Virus record (IMG/VR): IMGVR_UViG_3300028914_000001
Location: 317,489 to 381,488 of that record
Reading direction: 5' to 3' (one strand)
DNA: 64,000 bases
DNA from: a virus
Taxonomy: Duplodnaviria; Heunggongvirae; Uroviricota; Caudoviricetes
The position numbers and the translations under genes were made by a program. This document shows positions 1 to 10,130 of this stretch, piece after piece (position 1 is the first letter of the stretch; every line of letters begins with the position of its first letter). The notes beneath the pieces are model-generated. The model was not told where the DNA came from. It saw nothing but the letters and a program-made list of their open reading frames with translations, and ran no database searches.

Positions 1-1
1 G

Positions 2-475
2 AACCTTGTCGTAAGCCTCAGAAATAACCCAGATTCCCGTCGCCATGTCGTATGCGCATGGAATGTGGCCGAAGTTGACAAGATGGCATTGCCGCCTTGC
101 CATTGCCTGTTCCAGTTCTATGTCGGTGGCGTTGGCGATTCTGGAAAGCGCAAGCTGAGCTGTCAGCTCTATCAGCGTAGCGCCGACACCTTCCTTGGCG
201 TTCCGTTCAACATCGCTTCCTATGCCCTTCTGACGATGATGCTGGCTCAGGTCTGCGACTACGAACCGTGCGAGTTCGTTCACACCTTGGGTGACACCCA
301 CATCTACCACAACCATTTCGAGCAGGTTCATGAACAACTGTCACGAACCCCGAAGGCGTTGCCGACAATGAAGATTAACCCGGATGTAAAGGACATCTTC
401 GCATTCCGCTACGAAGACTTCGAGCTGGTAAACTATGACCCGTATCCTTCAATCAAGGCGCCGATAGCAGTATGA
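2..475 (+). CDS. thyA: thymidylate synthase (5'-truncated by window edge)
   Basis: Frame open from base 2; [43 protein letters not shown] motifs. Confidence 0.97.
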   Translation, partial: NLVVSLRNNPDSRRHVVCAWNVAEVDKMALPPCHCLFQFYVGGVGDSGKRKLSCQLYQRSADTFLGVPFNIASYALLTMMLAQVCDYEPCEFVHTLGDTHIYHNHFEQVHEQLSRTPKALPTMKINPDVKDIFAFRYEDFELVNYDPYPSIKAPIAV

Positions 476-1095
476 TTATCTCGATGATTGTAGCAATGAC
501 CCCCGATATGATTATCGGGAACAACGGTCACCTTCCTTGGCATATCGGCTCGGACCTGAGACGGTTCAGGCGGATTACGTCGGGACACCACATCCTTATG
601 GGCCGTGTGAACTACGAGGATATCGGCAGACCGTTGCCTGGACGAACCAACCTCATCCTTACCCGTGACAAGGATTTCAAGGCAGATGGGTGCTTCACGG
701 TGTCTTCCATCGAGGAAGCCATCAAGATGGCCGAGGCTGCTGGCGAGACCGAACTTTTCGTCATCGGAGGCGCCTCCGCTTACAGGGCGGCCATGCCGTA
801 TGCCGACAAGCTGTACCTCACAATCGTGTGTGCCAAGGTCGAAGGCACGGTAAAGTTCCCGCAGGAATGCTGGACTACCGAATGGAAGCAGGTCGGCAAC
901 AACGCCCACGGTCAAAGATACGAAATCCCCGTTGTCTATCCTGACTCTAACGACGACTTCAATACGCTGTATTGCACGTTCGTAAAGGATTCGTATTTCG
1001 ACAAGACCGGGTTAGAACCTAATTACCTTCCGGCGTACGTTCCTGATTTTAAGGATTTGTACGCCGCAACAATTATGAATATGGAGACAAAATGA
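472..1095 (+). CDS. folA: dihydrofolate reductase
   Basis: [30 protein letters not shown] motifs; coupled to thyA. Confidence 0.95.
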   Translation: MIISMIVAMTPDMIIGNNGHLPWHIGSDLRRFRRITSGHHILMGRVNYEDIGRPLPGRTNLILTRDKDFKADGCFTVSSIEEAIKMAEAAGETELFVIGGASAYRAAMPYADKLYLTIVCAKVEGTVKFPQECWTTEWKQVGNNAHGQRYEIPVVYPDSNDDFNTLYCTFVKDSYFDKTGLEPNYLPAYVPDFKDLYAATIMNMETK

Positions 1096-1481
1096 ATCTA
1101 ATTTACGTTTTCTTTATGATGCTGTTCCTTCACGTCCTTGACGACTTTCACTTCCAGGGATGTCTCGCCAATTTGAAGCAGAAGTCTTGGTGGGAAACAC
1201 ACGCCCCGGACCCGATGTACAAGTATGACTGGATTCCGGCCCTTGCTGCCCATGTCATCACTTGGACCATGTTCATTATGCTTCCCTGCGTAATCTTCAT
1301 GGATGTACCTGTCTGGCTTGTCGTTGTGCTGTTCGTCGCTAACTGCGCTTTCCATTTCTGGATTGACGACTTGAAGTGCAACCGCATGGCGTTGAACCTT
1401 ATCGAGGACCAGCTTTTCCACCTTTCCCAAATAACCCTCACCTTCCTCGTCTGCTGGAAGATTCCCGCAATGTTCGTCTAA
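1092..1481 (+). CDS. DUF3307-like membrane protein
   Basis: Hydrophobic helices with HVLDDFHFQ, HFWIDDLK, DQLFH. Confidence 0.75.
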   Translation: MNLIYVFFMMLFLHVLDDFHFQGCLANLKQKSWWETHAPDPMYKYDWIPALAAHVITWTMFIMLPCVIFMDVPVWLVVVLFVANCAFHFWIDDLKCNRMALNLIEDQLFHLSQITLTFLVCWKIPAMFV

Positions 1482-1492
1482 AAGGAGATAAC

Positions 1493-2368
1493 ATGAGCCA
1501 CTACACCACATACGTTGTCACGAAGACAAACGACAAAGAAGAACTTGACAAGCTGATGCTGCCGTATCATGAATACGAATGCACGGGCATGACCGCTTAT
1601 TGCGTCTATGTAGACAAGACTTCCGAATTCCACACTGATTATGATAAGAATAAAGAGGATTATGAGTCTCCCGAAGAGTTCTTGGAGTCGTGGTATGGTA
1701 TTAAATCTGACCGTATCTATGAAGATGAACCTGCGGAAAAGCCAGAAGACTCGTATGCTGTCGTCAATAACGGCGAGGTCAAGAAGGTCTACACCTTTAC
1801 AAATCCGAACCATAAGTGGGATTACTATACCCCGTTTGACTGGGCTGGCTGCACTTTTGTTAAAGCCGGGGTTAACGTTGAAGGTGTGAAGGCTATTCAA
1901 AAATCTCAACTTGACATCGACACTTTCATGGATGCCAGAAAGAAGTATTTCAGTGAAGTGTACAACAAGTTGAAACCTTATTTCAAACCAGATTTCATTA
2001 GCTGGGAAGACGCACGTAAACAAAATGGAGATGACATTCCCAAGGCAAGAGAAGTCTACAACAATCAGCAGAGCGTCAAGGATATGATGGCTGGCATCGG
2101 CTCGACCGAACTGTTCCATATCAGATGGTCAATCAGTGTTGATGACATCGCTGTGATGACCGAAGAACAGTTTGTCGATAACAACATGCGTGAAGCAGCC
2201 CCGTTCTGGGCTATTGTCCTTCCGACGGGCGAATGGGTAGAACACGGCCACATGGGCTGGTGGGCTGTCAGCTGGGATGAAGACAAGGATTTCAGCAAGA
2301 CCTGGACGGAAATCTGGAAAAAACTTCCTGACGACTGCTATGTCTGGCGCTGTGATTGCCATACCTAG
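1493..2368 (+). CDS. conserved phage hypothetical protein
   Basis: AAGGAG RBS before ATG 1493; TNPNHKWDYY and GxMGWW..DCH motifs. Confidence 0.75.
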   Translation: MSHYTTYVVTKTNDKEELDKLMLPYHEYECTGMTAYCVYVDKTSEFHTDYDKNKEDYESPEEFLESWYGIKSDRIYEDEPAEKPEDSYAVVNNGEVKKVYTFTNPNHKWDYYTPFDWAGCTFVKAGVNVEGVKAIQKSQLDIDTFMDARKKYFSEVYNKLKPYFKPDFISWEDARKQNGDDIPKAREVYNNQQSVKDMMAGIGSTELFHIRWSISVDDIAVMTEEQFVDNNMREAAPFWAIVLPTGEWVEHGHMGWWAVSWDEDKDFSKTWTEIWKKLPDDCYVWRCDCHT

Positions 2369-2383
2369 TTTGAGGAACTGTAT

Positions 2384-2659
2384 ATGGAAAAGAGAAAAAT
2401 CAAGCTGCTTGTCAGCGTAGAGTATCAGCCAGAACTTCTGCACAACATTAGAGATGAATCCAATAAACTGATTGACCAGGTTAATGAAGAGCCGACTTCC
2501 GCCGATATTGCTTTGATGGATGAAAAAATCAAGGACAGTATCGAATGTGCGTTGGATAACCTGTTCGACGATGGATTTGATTATCCAGGCCGCAAGGATT
2601 ATTTACTGAACCACGGCGACGCCAGATATAAAGTTGTTACGTTTGTGAGGATTAACTAA
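2384..2659 (+). CDS. hypothetical protein
   Basis: ORF with GAGG RBS in operon. Confidence 0.6.
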   Translation: MEKRKIKLLVSVEYQPELLHNIRDESNKLIDQVNEEPTSADIALMDEKIKDSIECALDNLFDDGFDYPGRKDYLLNHGDARYKVVTFVRIN

Positions 2660-2672
2660 ATTCAATCGGAGG

Positions 2673-2951
2673 ATGAATATGAATACTGACAAGGGAACTA
2701 TTATTGGTGAAAACCGAACATACCGTCTTCTCGACCTGTTCGCAGACCTTGCTGGCAGGGTGCATACCTACGGCCCCAACGCCGTAATCAGATTCACAGG
2801 TAAGGGATGGCAGGTGGAAGCCCGCAAGGCGACTCCTCCTGAACGCCGTCTGATTGGAATGGTGTCCGACCTAGTGGACGCATTGAAGCAATATCATCCA
2901 GACACGAAAGTCACTATCGTGGACGGACAGGGAACGATGCGTTTCGGGTAA
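2673..2951 (+). CDS. hypothetical protein
   Basis: ORF in operon. Confidence 0.6.
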   Translation: MNMNTDKGTIIGENRTYRLLDLFADLAGRVHTYGPNAVIRFTGKGWQVEARKATPPERRLIGMVSDLVDALKQYHPDTKVTIVDGQGTMRFG

Positions 2952-2954
2952 TGT

Positions 2955-3569
2955 ATGGCTAAGTATAACGAAAAGTGGAACGAGCATTGCGACCGTCTGA
3001 TTAAGATTGCCGACTCAATCGAGTTGCACAAGCTTACCATCCTTACGGGAAGCAACGCTTCTGGCAAGTCTGTGATACGCAAGATTCTGCCGAAGTACAT
3101 CGCACAGAAGCTGAATCTCGACTCCCCAGAGCATTGCGTGTCGTCCCTTTCGTTCATGACGAGAGCAGGACTGAACTACGCATGCGGCATCAACTTTCTA
3201 CGAGACAACGACTGGACTGCGACAAGCACGAACAGCGTGGACAAGGCCAAGAATGTTCTGGGTTTCAGCGACAGGTTCCTTGTTCTTGACGAGGTTGAGC
3301 TTGGCATGGGGGAGGAACTGCAGCTTGCGTTCGCCCAGTACATCAACTCGGTAAAGGAAAAGGTTCTGAAAGACAGTTACGGCCTCCTGGTCATAACCCA
3401 TTCGAGAATCGTCGCAAGCACCCTGAACGAGGATGCCTTCTTCAACATTGACGGCTACGAGACGAAACAGGAGTGGCTTGACCGAAAGATTGAGCCTACC
3501 GACTTGGAGCAGTTCGAAAAGGATGCTATGGACCTTTTCTGTTGCATCCGTGACCGTTCAAAGTCTTGA
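2955..3569 (+). CDS. stand-alone ABC-type P-loop ATPase
   Basis: Walker A GSNASGKS, Walker B LVLDE, H-loop VITH. Confidence 0.8.
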   Translation: MAKYNEKWNEHCDRLIKIADSIELHKLTILTGSNASGKSVIRKILPKYIAQKLNLDSPEHCVSSLSFMTRAGLNYACGINFLRDNDWTATSTNSVDKAKNVLGFSDRFLVLDEVELGMGEELQLAFAQYINSVKEKVLKDSYGLLVITHSRIVASTLNEDAFFNIDGYETKQEWLDRKIEPTDLEQFEKDAMDLFCCIRDRSKS

Positions 3570-3594
3570 CAAGTTCTGCATTAGTAACTATATT
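3566..3594 (+). promoter_or_regulatory. sigma70-type early promoter
   Basis: TTGACA-N17-TATATT. Confidence 0.8.
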
Positions 3595-3626
3595 ATCCTT
3601 CGGACCTAAACCGAAGGATTTTTTAT

Positions 3627-4028
3627 ATGGCAGTTATCGCAGTAGATTTTGACGGAACCCTTGCTCTCGGGGAAAGCTTTCCCGACGTGAACAAGTCCAT
3701 CCCGAACCGGGTTCTCATCGATGCTTTAAAAAAGTTACAGAACCTTGGCCATAAGCTAATCATGTGGACCTGCCGTGAAAACTACGGTGGCCGCCACTAC
3801 GAGGACGGTACTTACCTAGACGATGCCGTCCATTACTGTGAACAGCTCGGACTGAAGTTCGACTCCATAAACAACAATATCGGCGAGAAGGCTGGAGACC
3901 AGGGTATATATTTTGGCCGTAAAATCATGGCCGATATCTACATTGATGACAAGAGCATGGTGGTTGAGCCGATAAACTGGGAATGGTATGTTGAGCATCT
4001 TTTGATGCGTTTTGGAAACACGCTGTAA
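3627..4028 (+). CDS. HAD-superfamily hydrolase (capless, BT0820-like)
   Basis: IAVDFDGTL, WTCR, KIMADIYIDDK. Confidence 0.85.
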   Translation: MAVIAVDFDGTLALGESFPDVNKSIPNRVLIDALKKLQNLGHKLIMWTCRENYGGRHYEDGTYLDDAVHYCEQLGLKFDSINNNIGEKAGDQGIYFGRKIMADIYIDDKSMVVEPINWEWYVEHLLMRFGNTL

Positions 4029-4041
4029 CACGGGGGTTCCT

Positions 4042-4611
4042 ATGTACATGAGCGAAGACACTGAACTGAGAATAGCTGGGATTGAGGAAGAGTCGTTCGT
4101 TGACGGCCCTGGCATTCGTTTTGCCGTCTTCACCCAGGGTTGCAGCCACCATTGTCCCGAGTGTCATAACCCGGAGACCCACGCTTTCGGCAAGGGCAAA
4201 GTCGAGACTGCAGAATCCCTGCTGAAAATGATTGATTCGAACCCGTTGCTGACAGGGGTTACACTCAGCGGTGGCGACCCGATGGAACAGGCTGTCCAGC
4301 TTCTCCCGTTCGCACACGGGGTTAAGCTAAGGGGTTTGAACCTTATCATATACACGGGCTACTGCTACGAGATGCTCGTGTCCAAGTTTGCACATCCGGC
4401 GATGACGGAACTTCTTTCCTATGCTGACATCCTCGTGGACGGCCCTTACATGAAGGACCTCCGTGACCTGTCGCTGACGTTCAGGGGTTCGTCAAACCAG
4501 CGTATCATTGATGTCCAGAAGAGCCTTGTAGAAGGGGAAGTCGTGCTTCATAAGATGCAGGTCGAGGAAATGAAGCTGAAGATGGGAGATTTAGGTAGAT
4601 GGGGGGTTTAG
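4042..4611 (+). CDS. nrdG: anaerobic ribonucleotide reductase activating protein (radical SAM)
   Basis: DGPGIR, CxxxCxxC (CSHHCPEC), TLSGGDP, DILVDGPY, FRGSSNQR. Confidence 0.93.
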   Translation: MYMSEDTELRIAGIEEESFVDGPGIRFAVFTQGCSHHCPECHNPETHAFGKGKVETAESLLKMIDSNPLLTGVTLSGGDPMEQAVQLLPFAHGVKLRGLNLIIYTGYCYEMLVSKFAHPAMTELLSYADILVDGPYMKDLRDLSLTFRGSSNQRIIDVQKSLVEGEVVLHKMQVEEMKLKMGDLGRWGV

Positions 4612-4767
4612 GTGGTAGTGTCGGTTAGCGGATTGCTGTTTTCTATTGTTTTGGGTGTTATCGGAGCCATCATAGTGCTTTTGGTAACGGCAGGGCTGAG
4701 CCTTCTGTTCAAGACGCTCTGCAAGTTTTGCTCTTGGTTAAAAGAAAAATTTACAAAGGAAGTTTAA
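4612..4767 (+). CDS. small membrane protein
   Basis: 51-aa ORF with one long hydrophobic segment; not in ORF track. Confidence 0.4.
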   Translation: MVVSVSGLLFSIVLGVIGAIIVLLVTAGLSLLFKTLCKFCSWLKEKFTKEV

Positions 4768-4770
4768 TAT

Positions 4771-4953
4771 ATGCGTACACCACGAAAAGACATGTTTGTT
4801 TCCATATACGCCCTCGTCTGGGGTGTAACCGATATGGTTCTGTACTTTGTGTATGGCATGGATACGACGATGGTTTCAAATTGTGTGTTTATCATTCTGC
4901 TGATTGCTGTATTGATGTGCAGCCCTCTTATGCGATGGTTGAATAAAAAATAA
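4771..4953 (+). CDS. small membrane protein
   Basis: Two hydrophobic segments. Confidence 0.5.
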   Translation: MRTPRKDMFVSIYALVWGVTDMVLYFVYGMDTTMVSNCVFIILLIAVLMCSPLMRWLNKK

Positions 4954-4961
4954 AACACCCC

Positions 4962-4990
4962 TTGACAAGACTTTTTTAATGTTCTATATT
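4962..4990 (+). promoter_or_regulatory. sigma70-type promoter for pncA-yqeY-nadM-pncB
   Basis: TTGACA-N17-TATATT. Confidence 0.8.
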
Positions 4991-5021
4991 TTCTCCTGTA
5001 CAACCACAGGAGATTTCTTTT

Positions 5022-5567
5022 ATGAAAAATAAAAACCTTATCATCGTCGACATGCAAGTTGACTTCATCACTGGCGCCCTCGCCAATCCCAACCAAGAAT
5101 GGGCACATACGGTAATCAAGAACATCTTCGAGCTACTCAAGAAATTTGATGGCAGGGTCTGGTTCACCCGTGACACTCATTCCATGAACTATCTTGAAAC
5201 CCAGGAAGGCAAGAATCTTAAGGTTCCGCACTGCATCAAGGGCACTCCTGGATGGGAAATCATCTCTGAATTCCGCCCGTGGGTCAACGAACATAATGTC
5301 ATCGATAAGAACACTTTTGGGTTCCCGTACTGGGGTGTTGTCCTCGGCGACCACGATACCTATTCTGGTATCGAAATTCCGCCGACCGAGGTCTACCTCG
5401 CTGGTACTGTAACTAGCATCTGCGTGGACAGCAATGCAAACGGTGTCAAGACGGCGTTCCCCGAAGCTATCGTCGGCGTGTACAAGGACTGCTGCCTCGA
5501 CGTCGACAAGAAACATCACGAAGCCGCATTGTTGGCAATGTCGGCAAAGCAAATCCAGATTCTCTAA
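5022..5567 (+). CDS. pncA: nicotinamidase (isochorismatase family)
   Basis: IVDMQVDF, DTH, PHC, catalytic K (DKNTFG) and C (TSICV); NAD gene context. Confidence 0.85.
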   Translation: MKNKNLIIVDMQVDFITGALANPNQEWAHTVIKNIFELLKKFDGRVWFTRDTHSMNYLETQEGKNLKVPHCIKGTPGWEIISEFRPWVNEHNVIDKNTFGFPYWGVVLGDHDTYSGIEIPPTEVYLAGTVTSICVDSNANGVKTAFPEAIVGVYKDCCLDVDKKHHEAALLAMSAKQIQIL

Positions 5568-5579
5568 AAAGGAAACATC

Positions 5580-6035
5580 ATGCTCTTAGATACATTAAAC
5601 GACAAAATCAAGGAATTCATGAAAGCTCACGACACGGTAGGCCTGACTGCCCTCCGTACGCTCGTGTCCGACATCAAGAATGCGGCCATCGCTGCTCAGA
5701 AACCTGTTGACGACGCTATGTGTATCGCCGTTCTCGACAAGGCTATCAAGCAGAAGAACGAAACCATCGAAGGTTATGCCAAGGCTGGCAAGACCGAGCG
5801 AGCTGATGAAGAAAAGAAGACTCTCGAACTCTACAAGCAGTACATGCCTGCCCAGATGTCCGAAGACGAAGTTGTCGCTGAAATTGCAAAGGCTATCGAA
5901 TCTACTGGCGCCTGTGAACAGAAGGATATGGGCAAGGTCATGAAGATTCTTACGCCCATCATCAAGGGTCGTTTCGACGGCAAGGCTGCAAGCCAGTTGG
6001 TGGTCAAGGCGTTGCTTGCAAAGGCTGGTAAGTAA
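5580..6035 (+). CDS. GatB/YqeY domain protein
   Basis: All-helical; YMPAQMSE, KDMGKVMK, GRFDGK. Confidence 0.9.
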   Translation: MLLDTLNDKIKEFMKAHDTVGLTALRTLVSDIKNAAIAAQKPVDDAMCIAVLDKAIKQKNETIEGYAKAGKTERADEEKKTLELYKQYMPAQMSEDEVVAEIAKAIESTGACEQKDMGKVMKILTPIIKGRFDGKAASQLVVKALLAKAGK

Positions 6036-7090
6036 TGAAGAATTGGGTTTACATCGGCAGGTTCCAACCGTTCCACAACGGCCATCTTGACGTTCTGCAC
6101 CAGATTATTGACAAGATGGACAAGAATGTGGACACTATTACCCTTATCCTCGGGTCTTCCGATTCTGGAAGCCCTAGGAATCCTCTTGACTCGATTACCC
6201 GTTACGAAATGATTCAGTCTATCCTTGACAATGACTCGTACATTGCCGAGAATAGGGTACGCTGTCGTATTCTCGTAGAGAGCATCCATGATTCTCCGTA
6301 CAACTGGACCATGTTCGGAAAATGGCTTCAGTCGCAGCTTCGCCTTCATATGACTCTATGTGACAACATCCTTTGTGGCATGGAGTACATCAAGGAATAT
6401 GCAAACCTTGTCGGAGTGCCCTATTGGCAGGCAACGGAAAACGTACATATCCATGCGACGCAAATCCGTCAGGCCTTTGTCGAGAACGACACCGAGTACC
6501 TTAAAGCGAAACTTCCCGCAGGAGTTTTCGCCGACGAGGAACTCTATGCACGAATCAAGGAACAAATCGTCAATGCCCGCAACTTGCAGCTCAAATACAT
6601 CAAGGATTTGAACCCGAAGTACGCATCTGTCTACAAGACGGTTGACAACGTCGTCCTTTGCGGTGGTCATATCCTGTTTGTCGTCCGCAAGGATAACGGA
6701 AAGTACGCCCTCCCTGGCGGATTCCAGGACCCGACGGACCTTTCCGCACAGAAAGCTGCAGAGCGTGAACTGATGGAGGAAACCGGGTTGGATTCTTCCG
6801 ATTGGACCCCGTCCGCATCGAAGAATTTCGACGCCCCGTTCCGTGACCCCCGTTCGAGCGAAAAGGTAAACGCAGAGACTACGGCGTTCCTTTACCGTAT
6901 CAACCCGAAGTACCTGCTTAGCCCAAACGGCGTGATGGTTCCTCAGCTTCCGAAGGTGGTAGGCCAGGACGATGCAGCCGACGCTGTATGGCTCAGTCTG
7001 AATGAAGTTTGTGGATATCCTGAAAACAGGTTCCATGCAGACCACAAGAAAATTATCTTAAACATGCTCGGGCTTGAACCGAGATTCTAA
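6035..7090 (+). CDS. nadM: bifunctional NMN/NaMN adenylyltransferase + Nudix ADP-ribose pyrophosphatase
   Basis: IGRFQPFHNGH, ATQIR; Nudix box LPGGF..AAERELMEETGL, QDDA. Confidence 0.92.
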   Translation: MKNWVYIGRFQPFHNGHLDVLHQIIDKMDKNVDTITLILGSSDSGSPRNPLDSITRYEMIQSILDNDSYIAENRVRCRILVESIHDSPYNWTMFGKWLQSQLRLHMTLCDNILCGMEYIKEYANLVGVPYWQATENVHIHATQIRQAFVENDTEYLKAKLPAGVFADEELYARIKEQIVNARNLQLKYIKDLNPKYASVYKTVDNVVLCGGHILFVVRKDNGKYALPGGFQDPTDLSAQKAAERELMEETGLDSSDWTPSASKNFDAPFRDPRSSEKVNAETTAFLYRINPKYLLSPNGVMVPQLPKVVGQDDAADAVWLSLNEVCGYPENRFHADHKKIILNMLGLEPRF

Positions 7091-7110
7091 CTCAAAAGGA
7101 TGGTAATCAA

Positions 7111-8373
7111 ATGCTAGACCATTGGTGTATAGAAAGTCTGCTTGAGACAGACCTCTACAAGTTCAATATGGATAACCTGTACTTTACCCAGTACAGCGAC
7201 TACACAGGAAAATGGGCATACAAGTGCCGCAACCGCAAGGATGGAAGCGTCGTTGTCTTCACTAAGGAAGACGTTGCCGAAATCAACCGCCAGATTGACC
7301 ACCTTTGCACCCTCATGTTTACCCAGAGAGAACTTAGCATGCTCTTCGGTGAAGCTACCTGGCTTACCCCGTCGTTCAGGCATTTCCTGAGCATGTTCCA
7401 TCTTGACCGTGACGAAATCCGTGTCGTGTACGACGAAAGCATCGAGTCCAAGATGGCAATCGAAGCTGGTGGCGACCTCGACCCGTTGATGCGAAACACT
7501 TACTTCGAAATCTACGTTCTCGCCATTGTGAACGAAGTTTACTTCTACCATCACAACAAGAACTACGCCGAACTCGAAGAGGAAGCAATCCGTCGTATCG
7601 ACAAGAAGATTGCACAGCTTGCAAAGGGCGAATACGTTATCGGCCCGTTCTCCGAATTTGGCCTCCGTCGTCGTTTCTCCCGCAAGGTTCAGGATTACCT
7701 CGTCCGTGCTTTCGCCAATGCCCAGAAGGCTGGTATTCTCGGTAAGTCCATCTTCCTCGGTACTTCCAATGTGTACCTCGCATTGAAGTACGGTGTGAAG
7801 CTTATCGGAACAATCGCCCATGAAGCTGTCGAAGCTATCGGCCAGGGCGACCCGATGTTCAACCCTGCCTACTCCAACCGTCTCATGATGGACGCATGGC
7901 AGAGACAGTACAAGGGCTGCAACGGTATCTACCTCACCGACTGTGTCCGTACCGATACATTCCTCATGGACCTCACCCGTAACGATGTCCGTGTCTGGGA
8001 TGGTTTCAGACACGATTCGGGCGACCCGTATGCTTGGGGCGAAAAGATGATTGATGCAATCCAGCGTCTCGGTGGCGACCCGATGCAGAAGACTTTGCTC
8101 TTCTCCGACTCCCTCGACTTCGAACGTGCAAGCAAGCTCTACGCCCATTTCAGCCCTCGTGCCAAGGTAGGCTTCGGTATCGGAACCTTCCTGTCCAACG
8201 ACTGCGGAGTGGAACCGCTCAACCAGGTCATGAAGCTCATCGAATGCAATGGCCGTCCTGTCGCAAAGATTTCCGACACCGAAGGAAAGCTTATGTGCCG
8301 TGATGCCGGATATGTCGATTGGCTGAAGCGTACGCTTGACTGGCGTCTTACCCACGAAGTTAAAAAATTCTAA
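7111..8373 (+). CDS. pncB: nicotinate phosphoribosyltransferase
   Basis: LLETDLYK, EFGLRRRFS, GTSN, GTIAHE, RHDSGDP, FSDSLD, FGIGT, VAKISD. Confidence 0.93.
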   Translation: MLDHWCIESLLETDLYKFNMDNLYFTQYSDYTGKWAYKCRNRKDGSVVVFTKEDVAEINRQIDHLCTLMFTQRELSMLFGEATWLTPSFRHFLSMFHLDRDEIRVVYDESIESKMAIEAGGDLDPLMRNTYFEIYVLAIVNEVYFYHHNKNYAELEEEAIRRIDKKIAQLAKGEYVIGPFSEFGLRRRFSRKVQDYLVRAFANAQKAGILGKSIFLGTSNVYLALKYGVKLIGTIAHEAVEAIGQGDPMFNPAYSNRLMMDAWQRQYKGCNGIYLTDCVRTDTFLMDLTRNDVRVWDGFRHDSGDPYAWGEKMIDAIQRLGGDPMQKTLLFSDSLDFERASKLYAHFSPRAKVGFGIGTFLSNDCGVEPLNQVMKLIECNGRPVAKISDTEGKLMCRDAGYVDWLKRTLDWRLTHEVKKF

Positions 8374-8382
8374 GATAATCCC

Positions 8383-8411
8383 TTGACAGGAGTCTTTTAA
8401 TTAGTTATATT
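8383..8411 (+). promoter_or_regulatory. sigma70-type promoter
   Basis: TTGACA-N17-TATATT. Confidence 0.8.
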
Positions 8412-8453
8412 AAGTGACGGAAACATCCGTCACTTTTTTATTAGGAGTAAATC

Positions 8454-9065
8454 ATGATTCAACACGTTGTTGGCGACATGCTCGATTTCAGTAAGGATAC
8501 ACCCGATATCATCATCCACCAGACCAACTGCGAAGGCAAGATGGGTGGCGGTGTAGCCAAGGTCATCAAGGAAAAGTTCCCTAAGGTCTATGTGGAATAT
8601 CTCGAATTTATCGCACACAATCTGTTCGAACAGCGGGATACCATAGCTCTGCCGATAAAGTGCAGCAACCTGCTTGGAAGATTTTTTTACAGCGATGTTA
8701 CTGTCGGTGACAAGAGCGTACTTTTTGTCGACCTGTTTGCTCAGGATAGTTGCTCGGAAGGAACAAGCTCGTTTAGCGAAAAGCGCTTTACCAGCTACGA
8801 TGCGATGCACGAGGGACTGATTGATATCAGAAACATGCTTGTGTTTTCGTATCATGTTCAGAAGTTGCATGGCACCCGTCCTGTCAAAATCTGGATGCCA
8901 GAAAAGATTGGTTGTGTCAAGGGCGGCGGTAAGTATGAAATCGTCAAGGCAATCGTCGAAAGCGTGTTCGACAATCCTAGCTTCAGCAATATGATTGACC
9001 TTACCCTGTTCACCTTGCCTGAAAAGAATTCTAACTTGCCTAAGGGACCTTTCGATGCGATGTAA
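8454..9065 (+). CDS. macrodomain protein (ADP-ribose binding/hydrolase)
   Basis: GDML, IHQTNCEGKMGGGVA, MPEKIGCVKGGG. Confidence 0.88.
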   Translation: MIQHVVGDMLDFSKDTPDIIIHQTNCEGKMGGGVAKVIKEKFPKVYVEYLEFIAHNLFEQRDTIALPIKCSNLLGRFFYSDVTVGDKSVLFVDLFAQDSCSEGTSSFSEKRFTSYDAMHEGLIDIRNMLVFSYHVQKLHGTRPVKIWMPEKIGCVKGGGKYEIVKAIVESVFDNPSFSNMIDLTLFTLPEKNSNLPKGPFDAM

Positions 9066-9339
9066 GAATTGTCCCTACGAAGATTACGACTACCAGGAGA
9101 ATTATCCGTGTTGTCAGCTCTTCGGCGATAACGAGGACTTTATCTATGAAAACTCCAAGGGCGAACTCGGATGCAAATACAACATGCGTAGTCTGCAGAA
9201 GTTCGTCCGGGAGCGAGAAGAGGACGAAAAGGTTATCGTGCAACAGATGGGAGATTTCGTGAAATGGTGCGAAGAGCACCCGAACCCTCCCTATGACGAC
9301 CCAGAACCCGAGGTGAAAAATGATACGAGAAAAGAGTGA
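9055..9339 (+). CDS. Cys-rich hypothetical protein
   Basis: CKNC..CC..C; ATG overlaps macro gene end. Confidence 0.55.
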   Translation: MRCKNCPYEDYDYQENYPCCQLFGDNEDFIYENSKGELGCKYNMRSLQKFVREREEDEKVIVQQMGDFVKWCEEHPNPPYDDPEPEVKNDTRKE

Positions 9340-9496
9340 CTTCAAGTGCCGCCACGACCTGCTTGAAATCTGGGAGTGGATGGAAGGGACGTTCATCAGG
9401 GAGTGCCTCAACAAGGGTATCGACCCAGACGATTTTGGCGAAATCGACGTGTCTTTCTCCGTCGCAGTAAAGCAAACAAGAAAACCTGAACCGTAA
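9320..9496 (+). CDS. hypothetical protein
   Basis: GAGG RBS, 58-aa ORF filling a gap. Confidence 0.45.
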   Translation: MIREKSDFKCRHDLLEIWEWMEGTFIRECLNKGIDPDDFGEIDVSFSVAVKQTRKPEP

Positions 9497-9504
9497 CTAA
9501 AAAT

Positions 9505-9825
9505 ATGGCATTCCATCATCATTTCGGAACACATTACAGCACGTTGAACCCAGTTCACCCGCTGAACCAATTTAATCCGGCAAGCCCGTACTATCACTTG
9601 TACCACAGCAAGAATGATGTGCTCGTCCAGCCACACCAGGCAGTATCGTTTGAAGCACAGGAATTTCTCGTCATGGGCGGTTGCTTCCTGACGGCAGTGT
9701 TAATCGTTGCCGCCATCGGAACCATTATCAGGCACAGAAGCAACAAGAAATTTGATGCTAAACTGAAACAGATTGAGAAACGCTGGAAGAACTCCCCGTT
9801 GAAACCCAAAATTGAAAGGGAATGA
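9505..9825 (+). CDS. membrane protein
   Basis: His/Pro-rich N-terminus, single TM helix. Confidence 0.55.
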   Translation: MAFHHHFGTHYSTLNPVHPLNQFNPASPYYHLYHSKNDVLVQPHQAVSFEAQEFLVMGGCFLTAVLIVAAIGTIIRHRSNKKFDAKLKQIEKRWKNSPLKPKIERE

Positions 9826-10118
9826 GTATGCACCCGTACAAGATTAGAGTGTTCCTTGACCATAGCGGTGTCGTAACGGATTTCGTCATGGCGGACACCG
9901 AGTTCGAGACAATCGAGGCTGCCCGCCTGTACATCAAGAAGCAGTTCGACGATACCATCACAAATCTCGAAAATACGAACACGTCCTATACCGTGTCCTG
10001 TATTGCCAACAAGGACAGCATTGATATCCCACGGGGTTATCAACAGGATTACGAATCCGTCTTTTACAAAAAGCTATTTACGGATAATTTCACGATGATT
10101 ATGGAAATCATCCGATAG
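9822..10118 (+). CDS. hypothetical protein
   Basis: Coupled ORF. Confidence 0.6.
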   Translation: MSMHPYKIRVFLDHSGVVTDFVMADTEFETIEAARLYIKKQFDDTITNLENTNTSYTVSCIANKDSIDIPRGYQQDYESVFYKKLFTDNFTMIMEIIR

Positions 10119-10130
10119 GAGACATGGACT

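Noticed and set aside
7114-8355. Long antisense ORFs (413 aa here; also 10563-11474, 53593-54399 and others)
   Set aside because: Shadows of strongly biased sense-strand codon usage; no motifs or RBS.
7111-8373. NadV/Namat (NARP1/NARP2) assignment
   Set aside because: Motifs match nicotinate PRTase PncB, and the presence of PncA and NadE fits the deamidated route.
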